From: Sporopachydermia quercuum
Taxonomy: Eukaryota
Length of the DNA stretch: 64,000 bases
Assembly (NCBI GenBank): GCA_001599295.1
Contig: BCGN01000009.1
Span: forward strand, 124,001-188,000
Direction: 5' to 3'
Part shown: piece after piece, positions 15,001-24,800 of the stretch
How the letters are laid out: each line of letters starts with the position of its first letter
Numbering within the stretch: the first letter of the stretch is position 1
Translations under genes and position numbers: made by a program
Notes under the pieces: generated by a model
What the model was told of the DNA's origin: nothing
The model's input: the letters and a program-made list of their open reading frames with translations, nothing else
Database searches by the model: none

Positions 15001-15929
15001 CTATCTACCAATTCTTCCTAGCTTTAATGGCTGTAGTGCAAGGATCCCAAAATGCAGGTTCTGTATTCTCTCATGCTCCTGGTATTGGAAAGGCAAGACA
15101 AGCATGTATAAATATATGTGGTGTTTTCCAGTATCAACCAAGGATTGACACGAGGTCAAATGAGGGTAGTCATATTGATACCCTATCAATTTTTGGTGAT
15201 TTAGAATTACAAGATGTTCATTTCCGTTATACTACCAGACTTCAGAGCCCTGTCTTACGAGGTATCAGCCTGAATGTTGGAAGGAATCAAACAGTAGGCA
15301 TTGTAGGACGCTCAGGGTGTGGCAAAAGTACTATCATCAATTTGATTGAAAGATTTTATGATCCTCAAGCTGGAAAAGTGTTGTTAGACGGTCAAGACAT
15401 CACTAGCCTGAATATCAACGACTACCGAAAATGTCTTGCATTGGTACCACAGGAACCGACGTTATATTCTGGAACTATCAAAGATAACATTACAATCGGA
15501 GTTGACTATGAAGTATCTGATGACGAGCTATTTTCAGTGTGTAAGCAAGCAAATATTCACAATTTTATTGTTTCTTTATCGGAAGGATATGATACTGAGT
15601 GTGGCTCCAAAGGTGTTGCTCTTTCAGGTGGTCAACGACAACGAATTTGCATTGCAAGAGCATTATTAAGAAACCCGANAATTCTTTTGCTTGACGAAGC
15701 TACTTCAGCTCTTGATAGTGACTCTGAAATTCAATTACAAGAGGCATTGGCGGCAGCAGCCAAAGACAGAACGACAGTTGTTGTTGCTCATAGGCTCAGT
15801 ACGATCCAGCATGCTGATCATATTTACGTTATAGAGGATGGAATTGTAGCAGAATCTGGAACTCATAAGGAGTTGGTGAAGATGAATGGAATCTACGCTG
15901 AAATGACGAGGCTACAGGCGCTAGAATAG
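12042..15929 (+). CDS. Full-length ABCB (MDR1/P-glycoprotein, Pmd1-like) ABC transporter
   Basis: TMD-NBD-TMD-NBD layout; Walker A GPSGCGKS and GRSGCGKS; signature LSGGQKQR and LSGGQRQR; Walker B LLLDEATSALD twice. First ATG at 12042. Confidence 0.95.
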   Translation: MISKLFRKKEILNEKAEADLSPEEKEVNEEDVSKSSGTKISASLESASEYPSILEEQIHPYEAKINYFTLFRYIKTHEIFISLSGCLASIVCGASLPLMTIVFGSITQSFMNYVQGFTSKDEFQHEINKNGLYFLYLGIALGVCTFLSTFIHVLIGEILTLRVRQHYMMSILHQNVAFFDYVGSGEVTERITNTASLLQDSISEKLGTVIEAIAQFVAAFIVCFIKSWRLTLILCSSVVVLVILMGYSSARIVKFARLALGTYSTASNVADESFTAVRSTIAFGAQDKVAEMYDKQILVSRFWAIKRGRAVAEMVGLIWGIVYLSYALAFWQGSRYLVDNTITVAAVITTIMSVILGLFALGVAAPHVQSIATGVAAASKLFNTIDRVPSIQSGEELCKDELKGHIDFKHVKFIYPSRPDRVILKDFSLAIQKGSTVAIVGPSGCGKSTLIAILERFYEFVDGSVEIDGKDIRTFDVQSVRRQLALVSQDPTLFSCSIRENIEFGLIGSPYEFCDAEEKEKLINQALRDSYAYQFVHKLSDGLDTYVGERGLQLSGGQKQRIAIARAIVAKPRILLLDEATSALDTKSEGIVQKALDRISEDKSITKLIVAHRLSTIRNADRIVVMDQGDIIESGTHDELYSLRGLYFKLVESQNLGSRQRQVISRIGADVAEEEIVDELDDDNKLVAADVNSIEYIAPPEQAIRKAGVIESIKFLYNFNKSEKFAIILGFIIAVVVGGSYPGLSILFAKTVNAFRYSFEDPHEMRKNVNMYTGFLFMLGIITLFLYWAMICAMNFASSHLVRQIRLNTFKHLLRQDVEFFDRKENSVGALTAMLARDAQDVEGLSGATLAQICTSLCTIVAGIILSLAVNWRMALVCTACVPLLVICGFLRVFILKVLADKNKSLTASTAGMASEIISSLRVVVSLTREKGVYDEYCQLLAQQFSSSIPSILKSAGIYGLSQAFVPWVMGLGFWYGGTLIKNLDISIYQFFLALMAVVQGSQNAGSVFSHAPGIGKARQACINICGVFQYQPRIDTRSNEGSHIDTLSIFGDLELQDVHFRYTTRLQSPVLRGISLNVGRNQTVGIVGRSGCGKSTIINLIERFYDPQAGKVLLDGQDITSLNINDYRKCLALVPQEPTLYSGTIKDNITIGVDYEVSDDELFSVCKQANIHNFIVSLSEGYDTECGSKGVALSGGQRQRICIARALLRNPXILLLDEATSALDSDSEIQLQEALAAAAKDRTTVVVAHRLSTIQHADHIYVIEDGIVAESGTHKELVKMNGIYAEMTRLQALE

Positions 15930-16081
15930 CATAGGAGTTGAGTTGCTTGTATATGGTTTAATGATAATTATGGTACATAGGAATTGGGTTACTTGTATAT
16001 ATTGTATATAGTTTAATAATAAGTAATATGATAGGTTTAGGAAATAAAGTAGTTGTACATTGATTAAAAGAATAAAAAAAG

Positions 16082-16155
16082 TGGACGACACCGGAATCGA
16101 ACCGGGGACCTCCCGCATGCTAAGCGGATGTGATAACCAACTACACCAGACGCCC
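16082..16155 (-). tRNA. tRNA-Ala (AGC)
   Basis: GGGCGTC...TCCGC-TT-AGC-AT-GCGGG...GGTTCGATTCC...GTCGTCCA with the G3:U70 Ala identity pair, followed by a T7 Pol III terminator (16074-16080). Confidence 0.97.
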
Positions 16156-16164
16156 TTCATGTGG

Positions 16165-16432
16165 TGTTACTGTCTGATCATACATCATTCAGTAAAATAA
16201 AATGAATTTTAAGAAAAATTGAAGAATTGTATTAGAATTCTTACTCTTTTTCCTTCTTCTCCTTCCTTTTCTTATTAATTAGAAAGAGAAGAATGAGAGT
16301 AAATAATCAGCGAAGTAAATAGTATATATATATAAAAGGTACAAATAGAAATATAGATAGATGTGAAATGCCAATGTGTCACGTGAAAGGTCACGTGGTT
16401 TAGTAATAAGTAATGCATAGCTGGTTGTTACA
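16165..16432. mobile_element. Solo LTR 1 (268 bp), Ty3/gypsy-like
   Basis: TGT...ACA termini and a perfect 5-bp TSD TGTGG (16160-16164 and 16433-16437). Contains a TATA run and two CACGTG motifs. Lies 9 bp upstream of the tRNA-Ala 5' end. Confidence 0.85.
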
Positions 16433-16438
16433 TGTGGG

Positions 16439-16704
16439 TGTTACTGTCTGTTCATATATCATTCAGTAAAATAAAATGAATGTTAAGAAAAATTGAAGAA
16501 TTGTATCAGAATTCTTACTCTTTTCCCTTCTTCCCCTTCTTCTTATTATTAATTAGAAATAGAAGAATTAGAGTAAATAATCAGCGAAGTAAATAGTATA
16601 TATATAAAAGGTACAAATAGAAATATAGATAAATGTAAAATGCCAATGTGTCACGTGAAAGATCACGTGGTTTAGTAATAAGTAATGCATAGCTGGTTGT
16701 TACT
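16439..16704. mobile_element. Solo LTR 2 (266 bp), older copy of the same family
   Basis: About 94% identical to LTR 1 by hand alignment (~15 substitutions and one 2-bp indel). Terminal ACA decayed to ACT; TSD GTGGG (16434-16438) vs GCGGG (16705-16709). Confidence 0.8.
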
Positions 16705-17583
16705 GCGGGGGTATTGGAGCATATCATACATAGCGTATAGAAGAACTACCACGGTTTTGTTACTTTTTCTTTATAGTATTGATAGAAAACTATCGCTGTA
16801 GTAAAAAGTATGAAAGCAAAATTGTTTATTAGAAGCTACCTCTTTTCTATTCGAGTGAATTTGTTGCAAGCTATTAAATCCTGTGTAAGTAATGTATGTA
16901 CCTAAGTAGTAAACCACATAAATCTGAGTTCAACTTATGGCTGGTACCTTCTGATTTTCCGACTAAGAAATTAAGAAAATATCCTAGTAGGTAACTTTAG
17001 GGAGTTCTCTTTTTATATATCTGGTAACTGTTTTAAATTGTTTTTATTAAAATTTATATGCTTTTCAGCAGTTTCTGCACGATTCTCAGAGACTCGGACG
17101 ATTTCAATGGTCAGACAAATAAGAATTAGGGTTATAGATCTACTTTACTATTTTGGGAAGCTAAAATGAGTCTTGAGTCTTGGCTTGAATTGATGCTCTC
17201 ACAATTCATCAGAATTGTTCTGAACATCCAAAATGATAGGAGATTAAATAAACAGTTTTTTTATACTATCTGTTTGTAATCTATTTTGATTTGCTTCCTT
17301 GTTTCATCTTAGCATTTCTTTACTCTTACTTGATTTCCAAACTCCAACCTGTGAATATTTTCAGTGCGTATGCTTCAAAGTTTTTATTCAAAAACTATAC
17401 ATAATTCCCAGTTTTCCTATTGAGAACAATTAAAATACTCTTTCATTTGCCTGACTAAATGCCCAACTGATAAGAGTATACAAAACAAAATAGTACTATT
17501 ATAGTAAAAATATAAAAATTCATTAATAACCCACTAGTTCATATCATATACATAAAATATAACAAAAAAAGAATAAAAAAATG

Positions 17584-17683
17584 CTTCCCCGCCAGGGATC
17601 GAACCTGGAATCTTTCGCTGTGACCATATGTACGTTCATTTAAGAAATCGTAGGCGAACGCCTTGCCATTGGGCCACGAGGAA
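17584..17683 (-). tRNA. tRNA-Arg (ACG) with 28-nt intron (17620-17647)
   Basis: TTCCTCG...TTCGC-CT-ACG-A[intron]A-GCGAA...CCAGGTTCGATCCCTGG-CGGGGAAG. The intron is at canonical position 37/38 and contains CGTA able to pair with the anticodon loop. T-run terminator downstream. Confidence 0.95.
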
Positions 17684-17967
17684 CAAGCATTGACGTTATT
17701 CAAATAAAAATGGTACAGATGGTGTAAAATTGGATGTAGCTATATTTTTACTTCATTCACGCTTTTCTATTCATGAGTACTGAATAGTTAATCGATTTAT
17801 TTCTGGGGGTTTCTTTCAAACTTAGTTTTACGAATAGGGGGGTTTCTTCCCCGAGTTGTCTTTGGATCATTCGTGCGTTAGAATACTAAAAATACATAGG
17901 ACCATAATGAAGCGCCGCCAGGTCATTCATCACATCAGATACGATATAGAAAACGTTATACATCTTT

Positions 17968-18768
17968 TCAACCAAAAGTCGACCATTCAATGGAGAAGCA
18001 GATATTTTCATCTGATTCTTCTTCGTAACCCCCTAAAAGTAATACCTTTTTGACACCAGTTGCTAATCTTCCACCACTTACTATATCCATAACATCTACC
18101 TTTTCATCATAAGCAACAGCGTTTGCGAGAAAATGCGAATGATATCTCAGCGGATCACCAGGATACGCAATCATTTGACATCCAAATCTCAATCCAGGTG
18201 TAATATAATAACTTCTTTCGTGCAAATACCTGTAGAGCTTGTATCTCTCAACACTAGTCTGTTCCAATAACTTTTGAAACAAACGTCTAAACATGCTGTT
18301 ATCTTGATCTGAACTATGATTTCTATAAATAGATAGAAATGATTCATAATTAGGCAGTCTGGATGAATCTGAGTCGATATGATAGAACTTGGGGCCAATT
18401 TTCTGTTTTTCATTACTATCCGTCAGAGGCTGCTTTTCTTTCTCACCATCTGCACTTTCCTCGCTGGTTTCTGATCGTTTCCCTACAGACTGGCTACTAT
18501 CCAGCAAACTCAAATGCAAAGATTTAGAATCCACCAAATCTGCACAGCCATCATCGACTAGTAATAACGTATCTTCAGGCATAAGTTGCAACGGGATGCC
18601 TAAGAATATATTTTGCTGTGGAACTTGAGGAAGTGTTCCTGACAATGTGCCAACAATATTGTGTTCAACTCTTAATCTTTCGATATCACTCACTTTGAAA
18701 ATCATCGGCTTACAACCACCAACAATATGTATTGAAATCCGCTTCCTCTCTTCATGATTATTTTCCAT
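17968..18768 (-). CDS. SEN34: tRNA-splicing endonuclease catalytic subunit
   Basis: GTLPQVPQQNIFLGIPLQLMPE, PGLRFG, YPGDPLRYHSH and GRLATGVKK motifs, containing the Tyr/His/Lys triad. Confidence 0.95.
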   Translation of the reverse strand: MENNHEERKRISIHIVGGCKPMIFKVSDIERLRVEHNIVGTLSGTLPQVPQQNIFLGIPLQLMPEDTLLLVDDGCADLVDSKSLHLSLLDSSQSVGKRSETSEESADGEKEKQPLTDSNEKQKIGPKFYHIDSDSSRLPNYESFLSIYRNHSSDQDNSMFRRLFQKLLEQTSVERYKLYRYLHERSYYITPGLRFGCQMIAYPGDPLRYHSHFLANAVAYDEKVDVMDIVSGGRLATGVKKVLLLGGYEEESDENICFSIEWSTFG

Positions 18769-21700
18769 AGTGAATCAGACGTTATTTTATATTATGATCA
18801 GAATACAAAAAGCAACGGATGCAACTAGACATCATACACGTATATCCAATAGTAATTATCGGTCACTTCCCTCTATAAACAGCTTCAACCACAAAGCTAC
18901 AACACTTGATAAGACTCATCAATGACCACCATTAACACATATATTCAACATTTTTTTCGATTCTTCAGGCGTGATTATTATTAAAATGTTCTTTCTTAAA
19001 CTTTTCCCAGTTCTTCTTTGTCCAAACTGCTCATTACAATACCCCGATAGATATTTTTCACCTGAAAGGAGATTTGAAGTATATCACCGAAAGATGTAAA
19101 TTCCTGTATAATTCATGTATCGAACAATTATTATGCATAAAGCCATAATCTTATACAACCCGTTTTAGGAAATATGTTCAGAACATTACATCAAGAATTG
19201 TCTGTTTCACATTAGATAGATACTCGCACCATCATCACTATGCGTTTCAACGTGGTTTTGAAGAAGAAAGTGTAAAAAAATTAGGGCAATGTAATTTTGA
19301 GAATCTGTAACATATAATGTAATTGTAGTGCGGAGAATGAAAAATGAAGAGCAGACATAAAGAAGATAGTAGGAAAGATATAAAAAAAGGTTGGTATGTT
19401 TTGACGGTAGTCAGGGAACTGTAGAAGCGATGCGCTTATTCATACAAAGTAACAACCAAGATTTATACTCCAACCACTGTGAAGTTTGCTCAATCTTTAT
19501 TTCAGGCAAACCAGTCAAGCTTGTTTAACGTCAACATATAACCATTCCACTTGTATCATAATTATCATCTACGAGGGTCCAATTACGAGAACGTCGGCGT
19601 TTAATGGTGCCGATGTCCATGCATCTACATACTATAGCACGAGAAAACAGTGCCTTGTTTCATTTCATCTCCGTCAATCGCCAAAAAATCTCATCTTGCA
19701 GATCCCTTTGCTGGCGTACGCCGTTCAAAGTTTCTTCTTTTATTAACAGGGGAAAAAGGGCCAGCAAGGAAAGAAATGAATGAATTGACAAAGCGAATCT
19801 CTAAAAGTCCTTTTTCTTGTTAACTTTAATATTGATTCCGGAAGAAAATGCATACCATAGATCAAATAATCCACCTCATTCTGAACTTTTTTTGAAGATT
19901 ATTTCTTTAACGAGGCAGTGCTATAGTAAACCTTCTAAATAAAGTTTAGATCAGGAACCTTGCCTTTCCTATTGTGCATATAAAGTTGAAGCTTATTTGA
20001 AAATGTAAACTCTAAGTTTTATTCTTGAACCTGCATATGTCTTAGAGCAGTTCCTACTCATCTAGCTATCTATGAAAGAGATCTTTCAAATAATAGAAAT
20101 TAACATATAGGAAGCAATATTGAAGAATTAGGCACTGTTGTTCGTTGTACACTATCTCCAGTAGTTGCAATTAATTCCTCATTTTCCGGGTGGAAACATG
20201 ATTCAAAGAGTTAAGACTCACAAAAGACAATGAATAATGCACAATCGAAACACTTGAGATGTCATAACCCGAAATCGAACATAAATAGGCAGTGAATACT
20301 TGTCAAAAATTCAATTTAGGTGACGCGCCTCGTATATGCATCCCATTAATACAATAGGTAACTGCCAGAGAAATCTTGGTTGAGTATGTGGTATGTTCTG
20401 GCTCATTTAGGCGATTGACCTACAGGCAGCGCAAAGGGAAAGTGCATTAGGCTTGGTATGATTAGTTGGTACTATAATCAGGTAGTACACTAGTATTTTC
20501 GGACTTGGATTCATTGGATAATGGGTATCACCGAATCTCTCATAGTTGTTTTCCCATTCACCGAAGTATCAACCTTTTCCTATGCTTCGGTAAGCACTTT
20601 GGCTGCTAATAGTAGTTATTGCCCGAACTTCTGAAACAATAGTCAGGGGGCTTTTGAGTTGCTCAAACGGACAATCAGTCAAATAATAAATCTAACTTCT
20701 TCAACCATTTACTCTTACCATTACATTACACACTATAACCTTTCGCTTACTGTTCATCTCCGAACTTTTCAACTCCCTCCTTCTCTCGCGTTTCACATTC
20801 ACCTCAGCTCAAAGAATAGCTCCAAACATAAATAGACTCTATGTAAACCTAACTTAGAATCTCACTAAACTTCGCCAAACCTTAATTATGTCACAATTTA
20901 GGCCTTCTCTGCGAACTTTATTTGCAACCAAAAATTTCAGTAAACCTCTCAGGTAGACAAACATTTCAGCCATGCAATGGTGTTCCTATCGGCAATCAAT
21001 CTCTTGTTTCCTAGTGCTATGAAACATTTCTTAGCATGCGGATCTATCTCACTTTTCGTTCGAAGATTTCACAATAGTTCTATCAGTGAAGCAGGCTGTA
21101 TGAAATCAAACTCACATTCCCTACTGATCATTGTATAGAGAAGAGGACAAACGAGGAAGTGAACCAGCAACCGATCCGCCATTCATCAATTCCTTATTAT
21201 AATTCATCTTAAGACAAAACAATCAGTTTTTATCATATAAATCGATAGAAACTTAGAATATCAAAAATACGATCAGTTAAATCATTCTAATATAAACCTA
21301 CAATATCCAAGCTGCACCTTGAGCATAAAACGAAGAAAAGAACAGTCTTTGGTCTCAGCGGTAATAGTGCATTGCCTCGCTGTTAAACNACCTCATCCTA
21401 TTATCACCCAACATACAATATCCTGAGTATTATTAATGTTAATGTTTTTATATTGATTTCATTCATTCAAGCGGCATGCAAAGATAAGAGAAGCCTTTAG
21501 TTTTTGGTTAAATGCTAAAAAGCATCAAGAATAACTGAACTGGACTGTGAACTTATAGCTAATACTTGAATTATTAAATCGGTTCGTTCTACTAGTAGAT
21601 AGTGATCAAAGGATTGATAACTGAATNAACATTTGTCGCGAGAATCAGTTCAAAAGGATAATTCTCAGCAGCAACATATTAGTAATATTATAAGCTGAGC

Positions 21701-21893
21701 AAATAAAACAAAGAGTTCCAGCGTTCCAACATTCTCACTTCTAACTGCATGATTCATACAAACGATCAAACGAACGATCAGACAGTTAATTTTTTAGTAT
21801 TAAACAGCTCAACTCATCACACATCATATAACAAAACTATCAAATCAACCAATGAATATATAACAACAGCTGTTCAAATCAAACATCATTAAA

Positions 21894-24800
21894 ATGAGTA
21901 ACTCAACATTTGATCTGTCTCTTGAGGAACTGAGATCTCTTCATGATCCTAAATCGATTCAAGCACTGGAATCCATTGGGGGCATTTCTAATCTATACCA
22001 AAGCTTAGCTGTTGATCCTACCGATGGATTAAACCCAAATAACGAAAATGACATTGAAAACAGAACGCTGAAGTACGGTAATAATACTTTGCCGGTTGCG
22101 AAAGCCAAATCGTTTTTATACCTTGCCTTTCTGGCAATGAAAGATAAAGTGTTGATTCTACTAAGTATAGCAGCAGTAGTCAGTTTAGCATTAGGATTAT
22201 ACGAAACGTTTGGAGAAGACGATGAATACGACGCTGAAGGCCATAAAGAACCGAAAGTCGCCTGGGTCGAAGGTGTTGCTATTATTGTGGCCATTGCAAT
22301 TGTAGTGCTAGTTGGATCCTTGAATGACTATCAGAAGGAAAGACAATTCGCAAGATTGAATGCTAAGAAGGAAAATCGTCAAGTGAAAGTCATTCGTGGT
22401 GGTAAAAAGGAATTTACTGGTATTTATGACTTGCTTGTGGGCGATTTAATGGTGCTAGAAACTGGTGATATAATTCCTGCTGATGGGGTACTAATTAATG
22501 GAAGTATGGAATGCGACGAATCAAGTGCAACAGGTGAAAGCGACATGATATTCAAATTAACTGCTACTGAAGCTTTGAATAACGCTACTAGCTTGTCTGA
22601 GCTTTCTCTAACTCACGTTGATTCGTCCACAGACTGTTTTTTACTATCTGGTACATCAGTAGTCTCTGGCTATGGCACAGCTATTATAACGGCCGTTGGG
22701 GAAAACTCTTTCCATGGCAGAACTATGCTTTCTCTACTGACAGAATCAGCTCCCACTCCTTTGCAATTGAAACTAAATGACATTGCTGATGGAATTGCCA
22801 AATATGGCTCTTTAATTGCTGGCTTGTTGTTCGTAATTCTATTCATAAGATACATTGTAATGCTGGTAAAACCTCATGAATACTACTATCTAGCAACACC
22901 AGAAAAAGTGTCGAAATTCTTTGATATTTTGATCGTTGCTATTACGTTAATCGTGGTAGCTGTTCCTGAGGGTTTACCGTTGGCTGTTACTTTGGCATTA
23001 GCCTTTGCTACCACCCGAATGGCTAAAGATGGTAATTTGGTGAGAGTGCTTAAATCCTGTGAAACTATGGGCAGTGCTACTTGCATTTGCTCTGACAAAA
23101 CTGGTACTTTAACTGAGAACAGAATGAAAGTCGTTAAAGGTATTTTGGCTGATGATTTGAAGTTTGAAGTTCATGCTGAGGAAAAGAACTACGAAGAATC
23201 AGATGGTGAACTACAGAACTCTGGGGAACCAGAAATACAGGAGAAAAGTACAGTAGAACGAAATGTCTTTGATGACGAAGCTGANAACGGGGAGAAGATC
23301 AAAAGCACCGCAAGGGAGACAAATGACTCCCAGCCAGTCGATGCCTTCACGGCTGTTAATAAGTTATCGTCGACAGTCCAATCATTATTACTGGCTTCAA
23401 TCGTTCTAAATGGTAATGCTTTCGAGAACTCGAATTATATCGATCATTCCCAGATTAATAGCACTAGAAATAACAGCAGAACCAATGCCAATCCTTTGCT
23501 CACGAGGAGTTCGAATAGTGGTAGTACTACTNATAGTGCCGGCAATAGCACTTCCCATAACACTTTCTCGTTCAAGCAATTTGTTGATATGATAAGAATC
23601 AGCCCGAAGAGCACCAAAAGCAAGAAGAAAGCGTTTGGCGATGATTCAAGCAGAGACTTGTTTCTGGGATCGAAAACTGAAACCGCGCTTTTGCTGTTTG
23701 CCAAGGATTTTCTTGGAATGAACGAAAAAGGAGATTTGGATCTGCTGAGAAATTTAGACCCAACCTGTGAGGANCGGTTGAATGTTGATTTTGGTGTGAA
23801 ACGGATTGTTCAGGTTATTCCTTTTGAATCGGTCAGAAAATGGGGTGGCTGCATTGTTGAGATGAAAGATAGTAATAGCAGTTCTACTACTACTTCTACT
23901 ACTACTAATAGAACATACAGAATGCTCATTAAAGGAGCCTCGGAAATCATATTAAAAGAAGCAAATGAAATAGTAACCAAAGATAGTATCCATATAACAA
24001 TCACTTCGTCTTTACGAGAGAAATTGAACGAAGAAATCAACGACTATGCATCGCAATCATTAAGAACGATTTGCATTGGAGTTAAGGATTTCCAATGCTC
24101 TGAATGGCCACCTGAGTGCTTTAAGAACAATGAATATATAACTGAAGCTAATCCTGATTTATTATTTGGAACTGGAAATGGAAATGGGAATACTCCGCCT
24201 GCAACTACCACGCTGTCGACGCCAAGTCCGCTTANTCCTTTGGTTCCTACTATCATTTCCACTGATTATGACAGTTCAGCTGCTGCTGGTAGTGGTGGCA
24301 GTCCTATTAGTTTCGCCAGTTCTAATACAGGCTTTCTTTCTGGTTCTGCCACCCAGATGCCTGCTGCCTCTTCGCTATCGCTGCTTGGCCTGTTTGCTAT
24401 TCAAGACCCTTTACGTGAAAACGTAACTGAGTCCATCAACAAATGCAAAAAAGCTGGCGTGCGAGTCAGAATGGTCACTGGTGATAATATCCTTACTGCC
24501 AAGTCCATTGCTTCCTCCTGCGGCATCTATCACCCGAATTCCAACCATATCTGCATGGAGGGACCCGATTTCCGTAAGCTCCCCGAGCACGAGAGGCTGA
24601 GAATCGTGCCCCAACTTGACGTTCTAGCAAGATCATCACCAGAAGACAAACGGTTGCTGGTGGAAACATTACAGCAGCTAGGGGAAATCGTCGCGGTCAC
24701 TGGCGACGGAACCAACGATGCCCCTGCTTTGAAACTGGCTGATATTGGATTTTCTATGGGGATTTCTGGCACGGAAGTCGCCAGAGAAGCTTCAGACATT

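Noticed and set aside
15921..16160. 79-aa minus-strand ORF
   Set aside because: Translation through the tRNA-Ala gene with a non-protein-like tail.
16158..16702. Simple tandem duplication or assembly error
   Set aside because: TG...CA termini, two distinct 5-bp TSDs and ~6% divergence fit independent LTR insertions better.
19900..21893. Crz1 (CDRE) sites in the PMC1 promoter
   Set aside because: Only partial GAGGC matches were seen, not distinguishable from chance.
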